IMG/VR virus record: IMGVR_UViG_3300035698_012504
Span: 186,694 to 250,693 of that record
Length of the DNA stretch: 64,000 nucleotides
Source of the DNA: a virus
Direction: 5' to 3' (one strand)
Shown here: one piece after another, positions 26,690 to 35,435 of the stretch
Layout of the letters: each line of letters starts with the position of its first letter
How positions within the stretch are numbered: position 1 is the first letter of the stretch
The notes under the pieces: generated by a model
Told to the model about the DNA's origin: nothing
Database searches by the model: none
What the model saw: the letters and a program-made list of their open reading frames with translations, nothing else
Program-made: the position numbers and the translations under genes

Positions 26690-27481
26690 ATGCCTTCATT
26701 CGAAGATATGGTAGACCAAAACATTACGGGAAGCGAATTCCATTTCTCCTCAGTAAATATTGACAAATTAGACGAGCTCAAGTACACGGTCGCAAACATC
26801 TCCGCCGACGTAAGCGGTAGTATGTGGGGGGAAGAAGCCAAAGTCGATGAGGCGTTGCAGCGGATTATCAAGACATGTCAAAATGCTGCGACAGCCGATA
26901 ACATCCTTCTGAGGCTCATTGCATTCAACAACTCCGTGCAGGAAATCTTCGGGTTCAAACCGATCCACACGATTACCCCTGCTGATGTCGCAGTGCCGTC
27001 GCCCGGTGGAGGTACGGCACTGAATGATGCCGTGTTCAGTTCGGTAGGTGCCGTGGAAGACGAATGCGTCCAACTCTTTGATCAGTCCTGTGATACCAAC
27101 GGCATCGAGGTTATTATCACGGACGGCTATGAGAACTCGAGCAAATCAAGCAACAAGAAGGTTCGCAATCGGATCAAATCGATGAAGAAAAACGAGGCGA
27201 TGGAGTCGAACATCAGTATCCTCGTTGCAATGGGTTGCGACACCAGCACCGACAAAGCATACTTCACCAAGTTGTGCACGGACCTTGGCATCGATCACTT
27301 CTTGCCGTTCCCGGACATGACCGAGGCGACGTTCGGCAAGTTGGTCCAGCTCATCTCGCAGTCGATCAGCTCACAGAGCAAGGCGCTTGGGAACGGTGGT
27401 CCTTCTCAGATCATCAACCCACTTACCGGCGCAGTGTCCCAGCCTGTTACGGGTGGGGCTTCAGTGAGTCTCTCGATATAA
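26690..27481 (+). CDS. von Willebrand factor A (vWA) domain protein, TerY-like
   Basis: MIDAS motif DVSGSM, then GGTAL and ITDG motifs. GC-rich like pncA. Confidence 0.7.
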   Translation: MPSFEDMVDQNITGSEFHFSSVNIDKLDELKYTVANISADVSGSMWGEEAKVDEALQRIIKTCQNAATADNILLRLIAFNNSVQEIFGFKPIHTITPADVAVPSPGGGTALNDAVFSSVGAVEDECVQLFDQSCDTNGIEVIITDGYENSSKSSNKKVRNRIKSMKKNEAMESNISILVAMGCDTSTDKAYFTKLCTDLGIDHFLPFPDMTEATFGKLVQLISQSISSQSKALGNGGPSQIINPLTGAVSQPVTGGASVSLSI

Positions 27482-27548
27482 TCCGCAGATCCTTGGGGGT
27501 GGGGGGTCGAAAGACCTTCTGCCTCCACCATCTTTTAGGAGGTACGCC

Positions 27549-28430
27549 GTGATAACTAGCGATGCGTTTTTGGCAATTGGTGCCACTCACGCAATGTGTG
27601 AAGATTACATCAGAACTGGAATCATTGGACAACACATAGGAGAAGATGTACCATTTGCCATAGTTTCAGATGGATGTTCAGGTTCTCCAAATACAGACAT
27701 AGGGTCAAGACTCTTAACAATTGCTGCAGAGAAAACAATTAAAACTATTCATTCACTTAATTCTGCTCTTTCATTTGGAACCGATTATCGTAGCTTAGGA
27801 TTTATAATCTCTAACGAAGCCAATCAGCTGAATGCTGGTAATACTGTAACTCCAAAACAATGTCTTGACGCAACATTAATAATGATGGCTGGTATGAAAA
27901 CTGTATATGTTTACGGAGACGGATATATTATTCTACAATTCACAAGTGGAAGAATTATAATTATTGAACTAAGTTGCTATAAAGGTGCACCTCCGTATCT
28001 TTCTTATCAAACTCAGCCCGAGAGATTGGACATGTATAATAGTAAAGTCCCGAAGGCAGCCATTAAAGTGAAAGCCTGGGAACTAAATGGGGGACCAGTA
28101 ATAGAATTTAATGGATGGGAATTTGGGTACCAGGGTGGTAAGTTTCAATTCAATGTATCCGAGCTTATCCATGTTGATATTGGTTCCTTCGAAGAAATAA
28201 CAACCACATTAATTTCATCTGATGGACTAGGTTCGTTTATTCATGTTCCAACTGGAGAGCAAGTACCAGTTGATGATATAGTTGCAAAACTATTTGATAG
28301 GATGCCTAATCATGGGAAGTTCATTCAGAGAAGAGCTAAGCGGGTTCTCAAGGAACTTGCAAAGGATCAAATAGTCCACAACGACGATGTCTCTATCGCC
28401 GGTATGACATGGAGGGAGGATCAGGTATGA
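27549..28430 (+). CDS. PP2C-like (PPM) Ser/Thr phosphatase (putative)
   Basis: GTG start after AGGAGG. GATHAMCEDY (motif 1-like), FAIVSDGCSGS (motif 2, DGHGG-like) and LISSDGLGSF (C-terminal DG motif). AT-rich gene. Confidence 0.5.
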   Translation: MITSDAFLAIGATHAMCEDYIRTGIIGQHIGEDVPFAIVSDGCSGSPNTDIGSRLLTIAAEKTIKTIHSLNSALSFGTDYRSLGFIISNEANQLNAGNTVTPKQCLDATLIMMAGMKTVYVYGDGYIILQFTSGRIIIIELSCYKGAPPYLSYQTQPERLDMYNSKVPKAAIKVKAWELNGGPVIEFNGWEFGYQGGKFQFNVSELIHVDIGSFEEITTTLISSDGLGSFIHVPTGEQVPVDDIVAKLFDRMPNHGKFIQRRAKRVLKELAKDQIVHNDDVSIAGMTWREDQV

Positions 28431-28560
28431 TGTTTAAAATCTTTCTATGCGTAATAGCATTTCTTGTAGTATCTTATTTCGTTACATATCCAGAAGAGAT
28501 TCCAAGAGACTTCAAAGATTTGTTTGAGAAGTTCAAAGGGAAAGATAAGGATGATAAATA

Positions 28561-30312
28561 ATGGCTGCGATATCTGTTATAAATGAGGCGACAGGTAAAA
28601 CAGTTAAGTTGAAAGATAAACAATTCTTGGCTTCTGGAGGAGAAGGAAAAGTATTTCTAGTCAATGGAGTAATATATAAAGTATGCCATGATATATCTAA
28701 TATGATACCTAAAGAAAAAATACAGGAACTATGGGCGCTGTCGTCTCATGGAAATATTGCTTGTCCAGAAGATATTCTTGTAACATCCAATAAGGCAAGA
28801 ACACCAATAGGATATACTTCCAAATTCATACCAAACTCTATCCCTATTGCTAAGCTTGTCTCGAATGGGTTCAGAACCAAACAAGGATTTGGTGCAGAAC
28901 AAACTGTAGAATTAGTAGAGAGTTTAGTTAAGATGGTTAAGTTTGTTCATTCTCATCCAGGAATTTTGATAGTAGATCTTAATGAATTTAATTTCCTAGT
29001 CAATGAATTGAAGTTAACAGACCCATTTGCAATTGATGTTAATTCATGGCAGACACAGAACTTTCCTGCTTCTGCTATAATGCTACATATAATAGATCAT
29101 AAGACCAGTAAGTTTTCAAAGTTAACAGATTGGTTTTCATTAGGAGTTGTATCTACTATGTTGTTCTTAGGAGATGGTCCATACGGAGGAAGACATCCGA
29201 ACTTCGCTGCAAGAGATATCAAAGCAAGACAAGCAGCAACCGCTTCCATATTTGGACCAGGCGTAACCCTTAATAAGAATATAAGATCATTCGATGTTAT
29301 TCCAGATCAGTATAGAAGCTGGCTGGAGTCAATGTTTCAAAAAGGAATGAGACTTCCTCCTCCTGATGTGTTGGGACTGATGAGTCTGGAGAGCATCGTA
29401 GTGAAATTACTTACTGGTAGTGACTTATTTGAAATAGTAAAATTGTCAGAATATACTTCTGATGTTATTGAATGGCGCTCCGTTAATAATACAGTGATAT
29501 GTATTACAAAGAACTCATTGATTGTAGGGAATGAAAGCAAAAAAATTAGACGGAATGATTTAGATGTAGTAGTAACTGATGAATCACGTACACCAATTGC
29601 TATCGCTATTAAGAAAGATTCAACTACCTCAGGATTACCATCAGGATACGGTCTACTTTCTCTGGTGAATTTCTTAACAAATGATCCTATAGGTGGAGCA
29701 TCCTTGGCTGCGAAAGGATTCTTTGTTGCTGGTAATAGAATATATGTTCTCTCAGTAGATAAAGTAATTGAATTAGGTATTCGTGAAATGGGAAGTAAGA
29801 TAGTTGCTGCTGTTAATAAAGAGTGGGCATTTCAAAGCTTGTCAAGTACAGTATATTCTGGATTAATATATTCTGACATATTCGGCAAACCATACCTTAC
29901 AATCCCATATGCTGTAGGAAAATGTCTGAAGCGACACTTCCCAGAACTTGACGGGATCAAAATTACAGACGCCAAATATGAATCAGGTGTCGCATTTGTA
30001 ATAGGTGCAGACCAGGATGGTAAATATAACAAATATATATTTGTGTTCGATGAGAAACACAGCACACACACTACAATAGAAGAAAAGGATATTACTCCAA
30101 GCGATATAAATTTCACTGTTCTTGATAATGGAACGGTTGCATATATAGATTCAAATGACGCACTGGTACTCTTCAAGAAAGATGCACCAGATAAACGAAA
30201 AGAAATAAGAGACCCAGCCGTACATGGCGGGATGACTCTAACGAAAAGAGGGACTCAGGCAATGGCATTTGTAGGCAAGACGGTCTATACCATTTCCATG
30301 AAGACCCCATAG
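28561..30312 (+). CDS. Protein kinase-like (Ser/Thr kinase fold) protein
   Basis: Gly-loop SGGEGKVF, VIYKV lysine, HSHPGILIVDLNEFNFLV catalytic-loop-like segment. It has a long C-terminal extension. Confidence 0.5.
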   Translation: MAAISVINEATGKTVKLKDKQFLASGGEGKVFLVNGVIYKVCHDISNMIPKEKIQELWALSSHGNIACPEDILVTSNKARTPIGYTSKFIPNSIPIAKLVSNGFRTKQGFGAEQTVELVESLVKMVKFVHSHPGILIVDLNEFNFLVNELKLTDPFAIDVNSWQTQNFPASAIMLHIIDHKTSKFSKLTDWFSLGVVSTMLFLGDGPYGGRHPNFAARDIKARQAATASIFGPGVTLNKNIRSFDVIPDQYRSWLESMFQKGMRLPPPDVLGLMSLESIVVKLLTGSDLFEIVKLSEYTSDVIEWRSVNNTVICITKNSLIVGNESKKIRRNDLDVVVTDESRTPIAIAIKKDSTTSGLPSGYGLLSLVNFLTNDPIGGASLAAKGFFVAGNRIYVLSVDKVIELGIREMGSKIVAAVNKEWAFQSLSSTVYSGLIYSDIFGKPYLTIPYAVGKCLKRHFPELDGIKITDAKYESGVAFVIGADQDGKYNKYIFVFDEKHSTHTTIEEKDITPSDINFTVLDNGTVAYIDSNDALVLFKKDAPDKRKEIRDPAVHGGMTLTKRGTQAMAFVGKTVYTISMKTP

Positions 30313-30322
30313 GAGAACGCCT

Positions 30323-30805
30323 GTGAAGTTTCTAAGGTTCAGTCTAAGGATGCTTTGGGCAACAGCCATTGGACTGTGTAAAGGCACCATCGGCGGTGCA
30401 AAAATGTTCTGGAAATTTCTTATGAATACAAATTGGAAACAAAAAATAGGTGTAGTTATTGCTACAATACTCATTGGGTTTTGGGGATTCTATGGATTCA
30501 TGTCGGAAGAACTGGTTATCAATGTTAACAAAACTGAGAAAGTAATTGATGCAGTACATGGTACATCTGTTTACAGAGTATCAAGCTACAACCTCACTGA
30601 TGAGAAAGCGGAGGTATTTGTCAATAAAGATTCGCTTGCGTATTTTAAGTGGAACTCTGCAGATGTAGATAACATCCTATCTCCATATGGCCTCTTCAAA
30701 GTTCGTGTGTGGGGAGTACGATTCGTCTATATGTCTTGGTTCAGAAATGTCATTTCAGCAACACCATTTCCTGGAATAAAACCGTTAACGGCTCAGGCGA
30801 ACTGA
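30323..30805 (+). CDS. Membrane protein
   Basis: 160-aa ORF with N-terminal TM helices. Confidence 0.4.
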   Translation: MKFLRFSLRMLWATAIGLCKGTIGGAKMFWKFLMNTNWKQKIGVVIATILIGFWGFYGFMSEELVINVNKTEKVIDAVHGTSVYRVSSYNLTDEKAEVFVNKDSLAYFKWNSADVDNILSPYGLFKVRVWGVRFVYMSWFRNVISATPFPGIKPLTAQAN

Positions 30806-30825
30806 ATCACAATAGGTGAATATAA

Positions 30826-31119
30826 ATGAAAAATTTGATCAGCCTATTATGGGCACCTAAAGCTGAGGACAAATATAAAGATTGGTGGAAAGTAAGAATT
30901 GGAGATTTCTGGATTAAGAGTACAAGAAATAATGAATTGATTATTACACTAAATAGATTGAAGGCTGCTAAATTCAGTTGTAGAGATGCGGCTGATCTGT
31001 TGGTAAAATCCACAAATGGATGTTTGGTAAGTAGGTATTGCAACAGACGTAGAGTTGTTGTACATGAATGCCAACCATTACGAGAAGATGGACTTCGAGA
31101 AGAATCTCCCATCAACTAA
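30826..31119 (+). CDS. Hypothetical protein
   Basis: 97-aa ORF. Confidence 0.35.
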   Translation: MKNLISLLWAPKAEDKYKDWWKVRIGDFWIKSTRNNELIITLNRLKAAKFSCRDAADLLVKSTNGCLVSRYCNRRRVVVHECQPLREDGLREESPIN

Positions 31120-31692
31120 ATATATTAAATAGTGACTAACAGGTTTCATCTTTGTGGGGGTGACCTGGTTTCGACGTGGGTGAATGGAAGGATGAGTTGC
31201 GTACCGAGGACTCCGATGGCCTCGTAAAAAATCGGAAAACGCTTAATTGCGAAAAACGTAGTAGACTTCGCTAGCCGTGTGGCTTCCAAGATCGCAGATG
31301 TTGTGGCTCCGGCCCCCGCGTTCGCACTTGCTGCCTAATCGGATGAACTAGCTGTCTCGTTCTAGACGCCCTCTATGGGATGAGACAACGACAGAGGGAC
31401 TGGACTCGGTAAGATGTAATCACTTGTAACCGAGAAGAGTACTTACTAGTGGTATAGGCGAAAGGAACCGTGCCTGACGGGTTCTGAGCTGAAACTAAAT
31501 GAAAGGCTATGTACGTAGACGCTTGTGCGGATACACTGACGGACGCGGGTTCGATCAATCTGGTCGACTTGGGAAGTAATTCCCTCGATTAAAGAGTGCT
31601 CATACGGTGAAAGCTAAGTCGTGCAATACGATAAGCCAATACCGTGGGGTTGAGGAAGAAATTCCAAAAGCCCTGTAGAGACTTATAGACAC

Positions 31693-32136
31693 CTAACTCT
31701 CACTGAGACATGGTGTACTAGGATGGAAAAATTCTTCCTGAAATTGTTCCTTTGCTATAGTGGCGGCGTTGTTGTACTTCCCATTCCGTGGGGTTACTTC
31801 AATATACCGATCTATCAGAAGATCGGTACGTCGGATCTTATCCGGTTCTCGGAGATAAGGTCGAAGTTGTTCTAGGAATTGTATGGCCTTCCTACCTTGT
31901 ATTGCCCAAACAAACGACGGTTTGTGGTGATCTTTGTAGGTTTTCTTATGGGATATGCACCCACCATAATTGGCTTTCATGAACTCTAGTAGTTCATACG
32001 TTGTGCTTGCAATAGAAACAATGGGTCTTCTCCATAGATCTGATCGTTTCTGTTTGGTCACCGTTACACTTCCTTCGCCATCAAACAACCCAGCAGCATA
32101 GGAATCATTCAGTTGTGAATCTTTCATAATACGCAC
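31693..32136 (-). CDS. LAGLIDADG homing endonuclease (single-motif, I-CreI-like)
   Basis: YAAGLFDGEGSV motif. 147 aa, typical of homodimeric LAGLIDADG enzymes. A promoter-like TTTGTCC motif lies 20 nt upstream inside the intron. Confidence 0.8.
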   Translation of the reverse strand: MRIMKDSQLNDSYAAGLFDGEGSVTVTKQKRSDLWRRPIVSIASTTYELLEFMKANYGGCISHKKTYKDHHKPSFVWAIQGRKAIQFLEQLRPYLREPDKIRRTDLLIDRYIEVTPRNGKYNNAATIAKEQFQEEFFHPSTPCLSES

Positions 32137-32151
32137 TCCTCTTGAAGTTTA

Positions 32152-32165
32152 TAGTTTGTCCTCAT
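32152..32165 (-). promoter_or_regulatory. Promoter-like motif (GGACAAA core) inside the tmRNA intron, upstream of the LAGLIDADG ORF
   Basis: tagtttgtcctcat. Confidence 0.4.
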
Positions 32166-32245
32166 TAGGATAGGGCTTCGAGATGAAGGTATAGTCCAGG
32201 CCTTTGCGAAAGCATTGGATCCACCTGTCCCGCCACCTCCACCAT

Positions 32246-32323
32246 CGGGTAGTAGCGCAGTCCGGTTAGCGCACTTGCTTTGGGAGCAAGGGGTCGTGAG
32301 TTCGAATCTCACCTACCCGACCA
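32246..32323 (+). tRNA. tRNA-Pro (anticodon TGG)
   Basis: cgggtag/ctacccg acceptor, tagcgcagtccggttagcgca D arm, cttgc-tttggga-gcaag, gtgagttcgaatctcac T arm, discriminator A, CCA. It starts 2 nt after the tmRNA CCA. Confidence 0.8.
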
Positions 32324-32495
32324 AATATTTCATGTACAATAAGCGTGCCCGGCGAAGGAGATGAGAACATCCGGGATTGGCCGTCAACGCGGTGACTTAA
32401 AACTCCTATTGTACATTTGCATCCGTTTCAGGGAGATCTTGTTCTCCAGCTCGAGGTTGTGGGCTTCCCCCAATCTCGGGTTTCAGTTTCTATGA

Positions 32496-32572
32496 CGCAG
32501 GGTAGGGCAGTTGGTCAGCCCGCTTGACTCATAATCAAGAGGTCGTGAGTTCGAATCTCACTCCTGCTACCA
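32496..32572 (+). tRNA. tRNA with CAT anticodon (Met or Ile2). The 1:72 pair is a C:U mismatch, so it may be initiator-like.
   Basis: cgcaggg/tcctgct acceptor, tagggcagttggtcagccc, cttga-ctcataa-tcaag, gtgagttcgaatctcac, CCA. Confidence 0.7.
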
Positions 32573-33042
32573 ATATTCAGATGGTAACTGGGTTGCGTGT
32601 ACCTCGGATACTCCTATACCCTTCGGGGCTGGAAACAAACATGGCACTTTAAAATGTATCCGCGCCTCTGATGTTCATGTATGTGCTTCTACAATGTGGG
32701 ACCGATCACCCCGTTTAAAGCACACCCATGGGTGACTCTTTCCGTAGTGTCCACCAATGAATTGCTCCCTCCAAAGGAGAACGAATGGGAAATGGGCATG
32801 CCCATGTAGAGTGTTGTAGCACTCATATCAAGTTTAAATCGGAAAGAATTGTCGTATCCTGTTGTTGGGAGCCGTGGGCATATCGACGCCGCGCAGTACC
32901 AACAACGAAAGCGAATGGGAGTGGGCCCACATACTCGCAAGGTGTGTGGAGAAACTGTTAGTCCTGGGGGAGCACGGTACCCCGGCGGACGCAATCTGCA
33001 GAGGCCGTTCGAATCGGCAGCTAACTTTACCCATTGCTTCTA

Positions 33043-33119
33043 GGGCTCTTAGCTCAGTTGGTCAGAGCACCGGCCTCATAAGCCGTTGGTCCTCGGTTCA
33101 AGTCCGAGAGGGCCCACCA
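33043..33119 (+). tRNA. tRNA with CAT anticodon (elongator Met or Ile2)
   Basis: gggctct/agggccc acceptor, tagctcagttggtcagagc, ccggc-ctcataa-gccgt, ctcggttcaagtccgag, CCA. Confidence 0.75.
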
Positions 33120-33220
33120 ATTTTCAAAAATCCTAGGTAGCATTCCGCTGCCTAGGTTGGATCGGGAACACATCTCGATTTTTTAGTTTCAGACTTAACG
33201 CAAAGAAAGGGCAGATTAAT

Positions 33221-34018
33221 ATGCCAAGCAATGAAAATAGAAATCAGCTGCATGCGCTTCTTGCAGCCGATAACGATAAATCCAAACTACTTATCGGATT
33301 TCTCAGAGAAGCACAAAAGACGTTCCAGGAGCGGCGAGGCCACTTCGACGGACTCACCACCTCGGTCGAGTTCTACGATGATGAGCGAGCGCTCCAAGAG
33401 AACAAAACCGAAGTGAAGCGGATGGAAGAGACCGTCTACGGAAAGCTTCGGTATGTGTTCGCACATGCTGCACAGGCATTCAATCTCGGTACATCCAAAG
33501 AACGCACCAACACCATAGCCACAGCTGACTTGATCGTCAATGGGGTCACGGTGGCGAAAGACGTGCCAGCGGCGGAGCTTCTGTATCTAGAGAAGAGGAT
33601 GAGTACCATTCGCGAACTGCTTCATCAAGTTCCAACACTTGCTCCGGGTAAGGTTTGGACTGAGTTGACAACTGTAGCGGAAGAAGGGGTATACTCTTCC
33701 CCAGAGGAGCTGACCACAAGAACGGAAAAGGAAACAGTCTCACTCGAACTTTCACCGGCTACGGAAAAGCATGCCGCACAAGTCCAACCCCAGGTGAAGG
33801 ACGTTCGTGTAGCGAAGATACTGAAGTCCCACCAGTCGAGTGCGGTTACGCCCCTCACCAAATCAGGGATTCTGGCGCGTTGTGATGACATCATCTCGGC
33901 AACCCGTGCCGCACGAATGGCTGCGAACACTGCAACAGTGAATCAGCAGACATACTCCGAGAAACTTCTTGCGTACATTCTGGATGGAGACGAAGCTCTG
34001 TCAGAATCCTCCGAATAG
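33221..34018 (+). CDS. Hypothetical protein on a GC-rich island
   Basis: 265-aa ORF preceded by AAAGAAAGGG. Confidence 0.45.
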   Translation: MPSNENRNQLHALLAADNDKSKLLIGFLREAQKTFQERRGHFDGLTTSVEFYDDERALQENKTEVKRMEETVYGKLRYVFAHAAQAFNLGTSKERTNTIATADLIVNGVTVAKDVPAAELLYLEKRMSTIRELLHQVPTLAPGKVWTELTTVAEEGVYSSPEELTTRTEKETVSLELSPATEKHAAQVQPQVKDVRVAKILKSHQSSAVTPLTKSGILARCDDIISATRAARMAANTATVNQQTYSEKLLAYILDGDEALSESSE

Positions 34019-34209
34019 GCATTGAGCCTCCCCTGTGGAGGCTGGGTCTAGTGTAAGTCTTATGATTCAGATTCAACGATTGGGAAATTGGAGAGGTTAC
34101 GAATCTCTTCTAAAAACCCATGGTCAGAGTCAGATTATTGAGACCCACAGATTCAGCTCGCAGGTTCAACATAGAACCCTCTCTTTATATCCTGGTGAAA
34201 TCAATCAAC

Positions 34210-34287
34210 GAGCAGACGCGAGTTCGATTCTCGTCCAGGCCCCCATAAATATCATCGGCCTGGTCGTCTAGACGGTAGGACATGCTC
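34210..34287 (+). tRNA. Candidate circularly permuted or rearranged tRNA: 3' half (anticodon stem 3' strand to CCA, 34210..34245), 11-nt linker, 5' half (acceptor to anticodon stem 5' strand, 34257..34287)
   Basis: 3' half: gagca-gac-gcgagttcgattctcgt-ccaggcc-c-cca. 5' half: ggcctgg-tc-gtct-agacggta-ggac-a-tgctc. The acceptor strands (7/7) and anticodon stem strands (5/5) are perfectly complementary across the two halves. Confidence 0.4.
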
Positions 34288-34374
34288 GCTAAGACTGAAG
34301 GTTTTGCAGAGGAAGAATGAGAGAGATCAACACGGGCCCATCAACATGTAAGACATGAAATCTTATAATAAAAG

Positions 34375-34803
34375 ATGGCAATCAGCCCGGAGTCGACGGG
34401 AATTCGGCTCCGGGCTTCTTTACTCAACAAACGATATGCTCAACGAGGAGGAACCGGTATGTATAGTATGCTGACGATACTACTCGATTTTGCGATGGTT
34501 TTCATCAATGCATTTTTCCTGCAGTCCACTTGGAATCTTACACTCCCTCATTTGTTTGACACTCCGTATACTGGTCCGATCATTTTCATACAAGCTCTAG
34601 GAATAGTTTGTTTCTATTCGATATTTAAATCATGTGATGCAACTATAATGGAACCATCTGAATTTAAGGATGTAGTAAGGATATTTAATGAATCTGATGA
34701 GGATACACTGGGACGGAGCTTAGGTTCCAAGGGAATCCTCTTACTTGGGAAATCAATATTTGTTATATTTGTATTTGTAATTGCCCACCTACTTTGGATA
34801 TAG
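34375..34803 (+). CDS. Membrane protein
   Basis: 142-aa ORF with TM helices. Confidence 0.4.
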   Translation: MAISPESTGIRLRASLLNKRYAQRGGTGMYSMLTILLDFAMVFINAFFLQSTWNLTLPHLFDTPYTGPIIFIQALGIVCFYSIFKSCDATIMEPSEFKDVVRIFNESDEDTLGRSLGSKGILLLGKSIFVIFVFVIAHLLWI

Positions 34804-35174
34804 TTCTTAAATAGTTATCTTTCTAAATTGGAAAGAGGCTATTTGATATGATTGATATGAACCATAACCTTTTTTATTTTAGGAGAAAACGTGGTTATTG
34901 ATATAGGAAAAGATAAAACATTATATAAACAAATGTAGGTGTACCCGTACACGTAAAGGAAAGTTAACTATAAAGGATTAATATATGTTTATTGAAGTTG
35001 GGCCGGGTAAATTTGTGAATGAAAATCGAGTAGAATATATTAAGTTTAAACCCAAACATGTTTTTATATTAACAACTCAGGATGAGTATAAAGTTCCTGA
35101 ATTGGTTTTAGTGGCACTGGAAGAACTTACAATGAGAAGTTAATTATTCCCTCAACAAACAAAAGGAGGTATCC

Positions 35175-35435
35175 GTGGTTAAGTTTACCACACAAACAGC
35201 GACTGGGCCTTTGATTGGGCTCGGCGTATCCGAAGGAAATGTGGAACGATTGAAAAAGGGTGAGCCCATATTAGTTGAATTAAATGAGATTGGACAAGGC
35301 GGCGGGCAAATACTATTGATGTATGGTGAAACGGAGAAAGCCATAGTGGCAGAATTAGAGTCAAATGGATTGATGACAACTGAAACAGTTGTACAACATC
35401 CTGATGCAAACTTCCCAACAGATAGTAAACACTAA
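35175..35435 (+). CDS. Hypothetical protein
   Basis: 86-aa ORF with RBS AAAGGAGG and a GTG start. Confidence 0.35.
   Translation: MVKFTTQTATGPLIGLGVSEGNVERLKKGEPILVELNEIGQGGGQILLMYGETEKAIVAELESNGLMTTETVVQHPDANFPTDSKH

Larger units (their letters stand above)
31556..32227 (+). mobile_element. Intron (probably group I) in the tmRNA T-loop carrying an antisense LAGLIDADG homing endonuclease gene
   Basis: The 5' exon ends in U, the intron ends in G, and ggtcgac near the intron 5' end can pair with exon ucgau to form P1. The boundaries are inferred by restoring the T stem-loop and are accurate to ±2 nt. Confidence 0.6.
31156..32244 (+). ncRNA. ssrA: tmRNA (ssrA), standard one-piece topology, interrupted in the T-loop by a ~670-nt intron (exons 31156..31555 and 32228..32244)
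   Basis: 5' gggggtgacctggtttcgacg pairs with 3' cacctcc-a-cca, giving G3:U70. The conserved ggcctcgtaaaaa box is present. A tag reading frame ends ...AFALAA-TAA at 31336. The T stem gcggg/cccgc is split as ggacgcgggttcgat | intron | tcccgccacctccacca. Confidence 0.8.

Noticed and set aside
32573-33042. RNase P RNA or 6S RNA in the GC-rich spacer
   Set aside because: I found no P4 (AGGAAAGTCCGGGCT-like) or ACAGAAA elements and no 6S-like central bubble symmetry. It is kept only as a generic ncRNA candidate.
34035-34271. 78-aa ORF spanning the permuted-tRNA locus
   Set aside because: No RBS, and it overlaps tRNA-like structure. Likely spurious.
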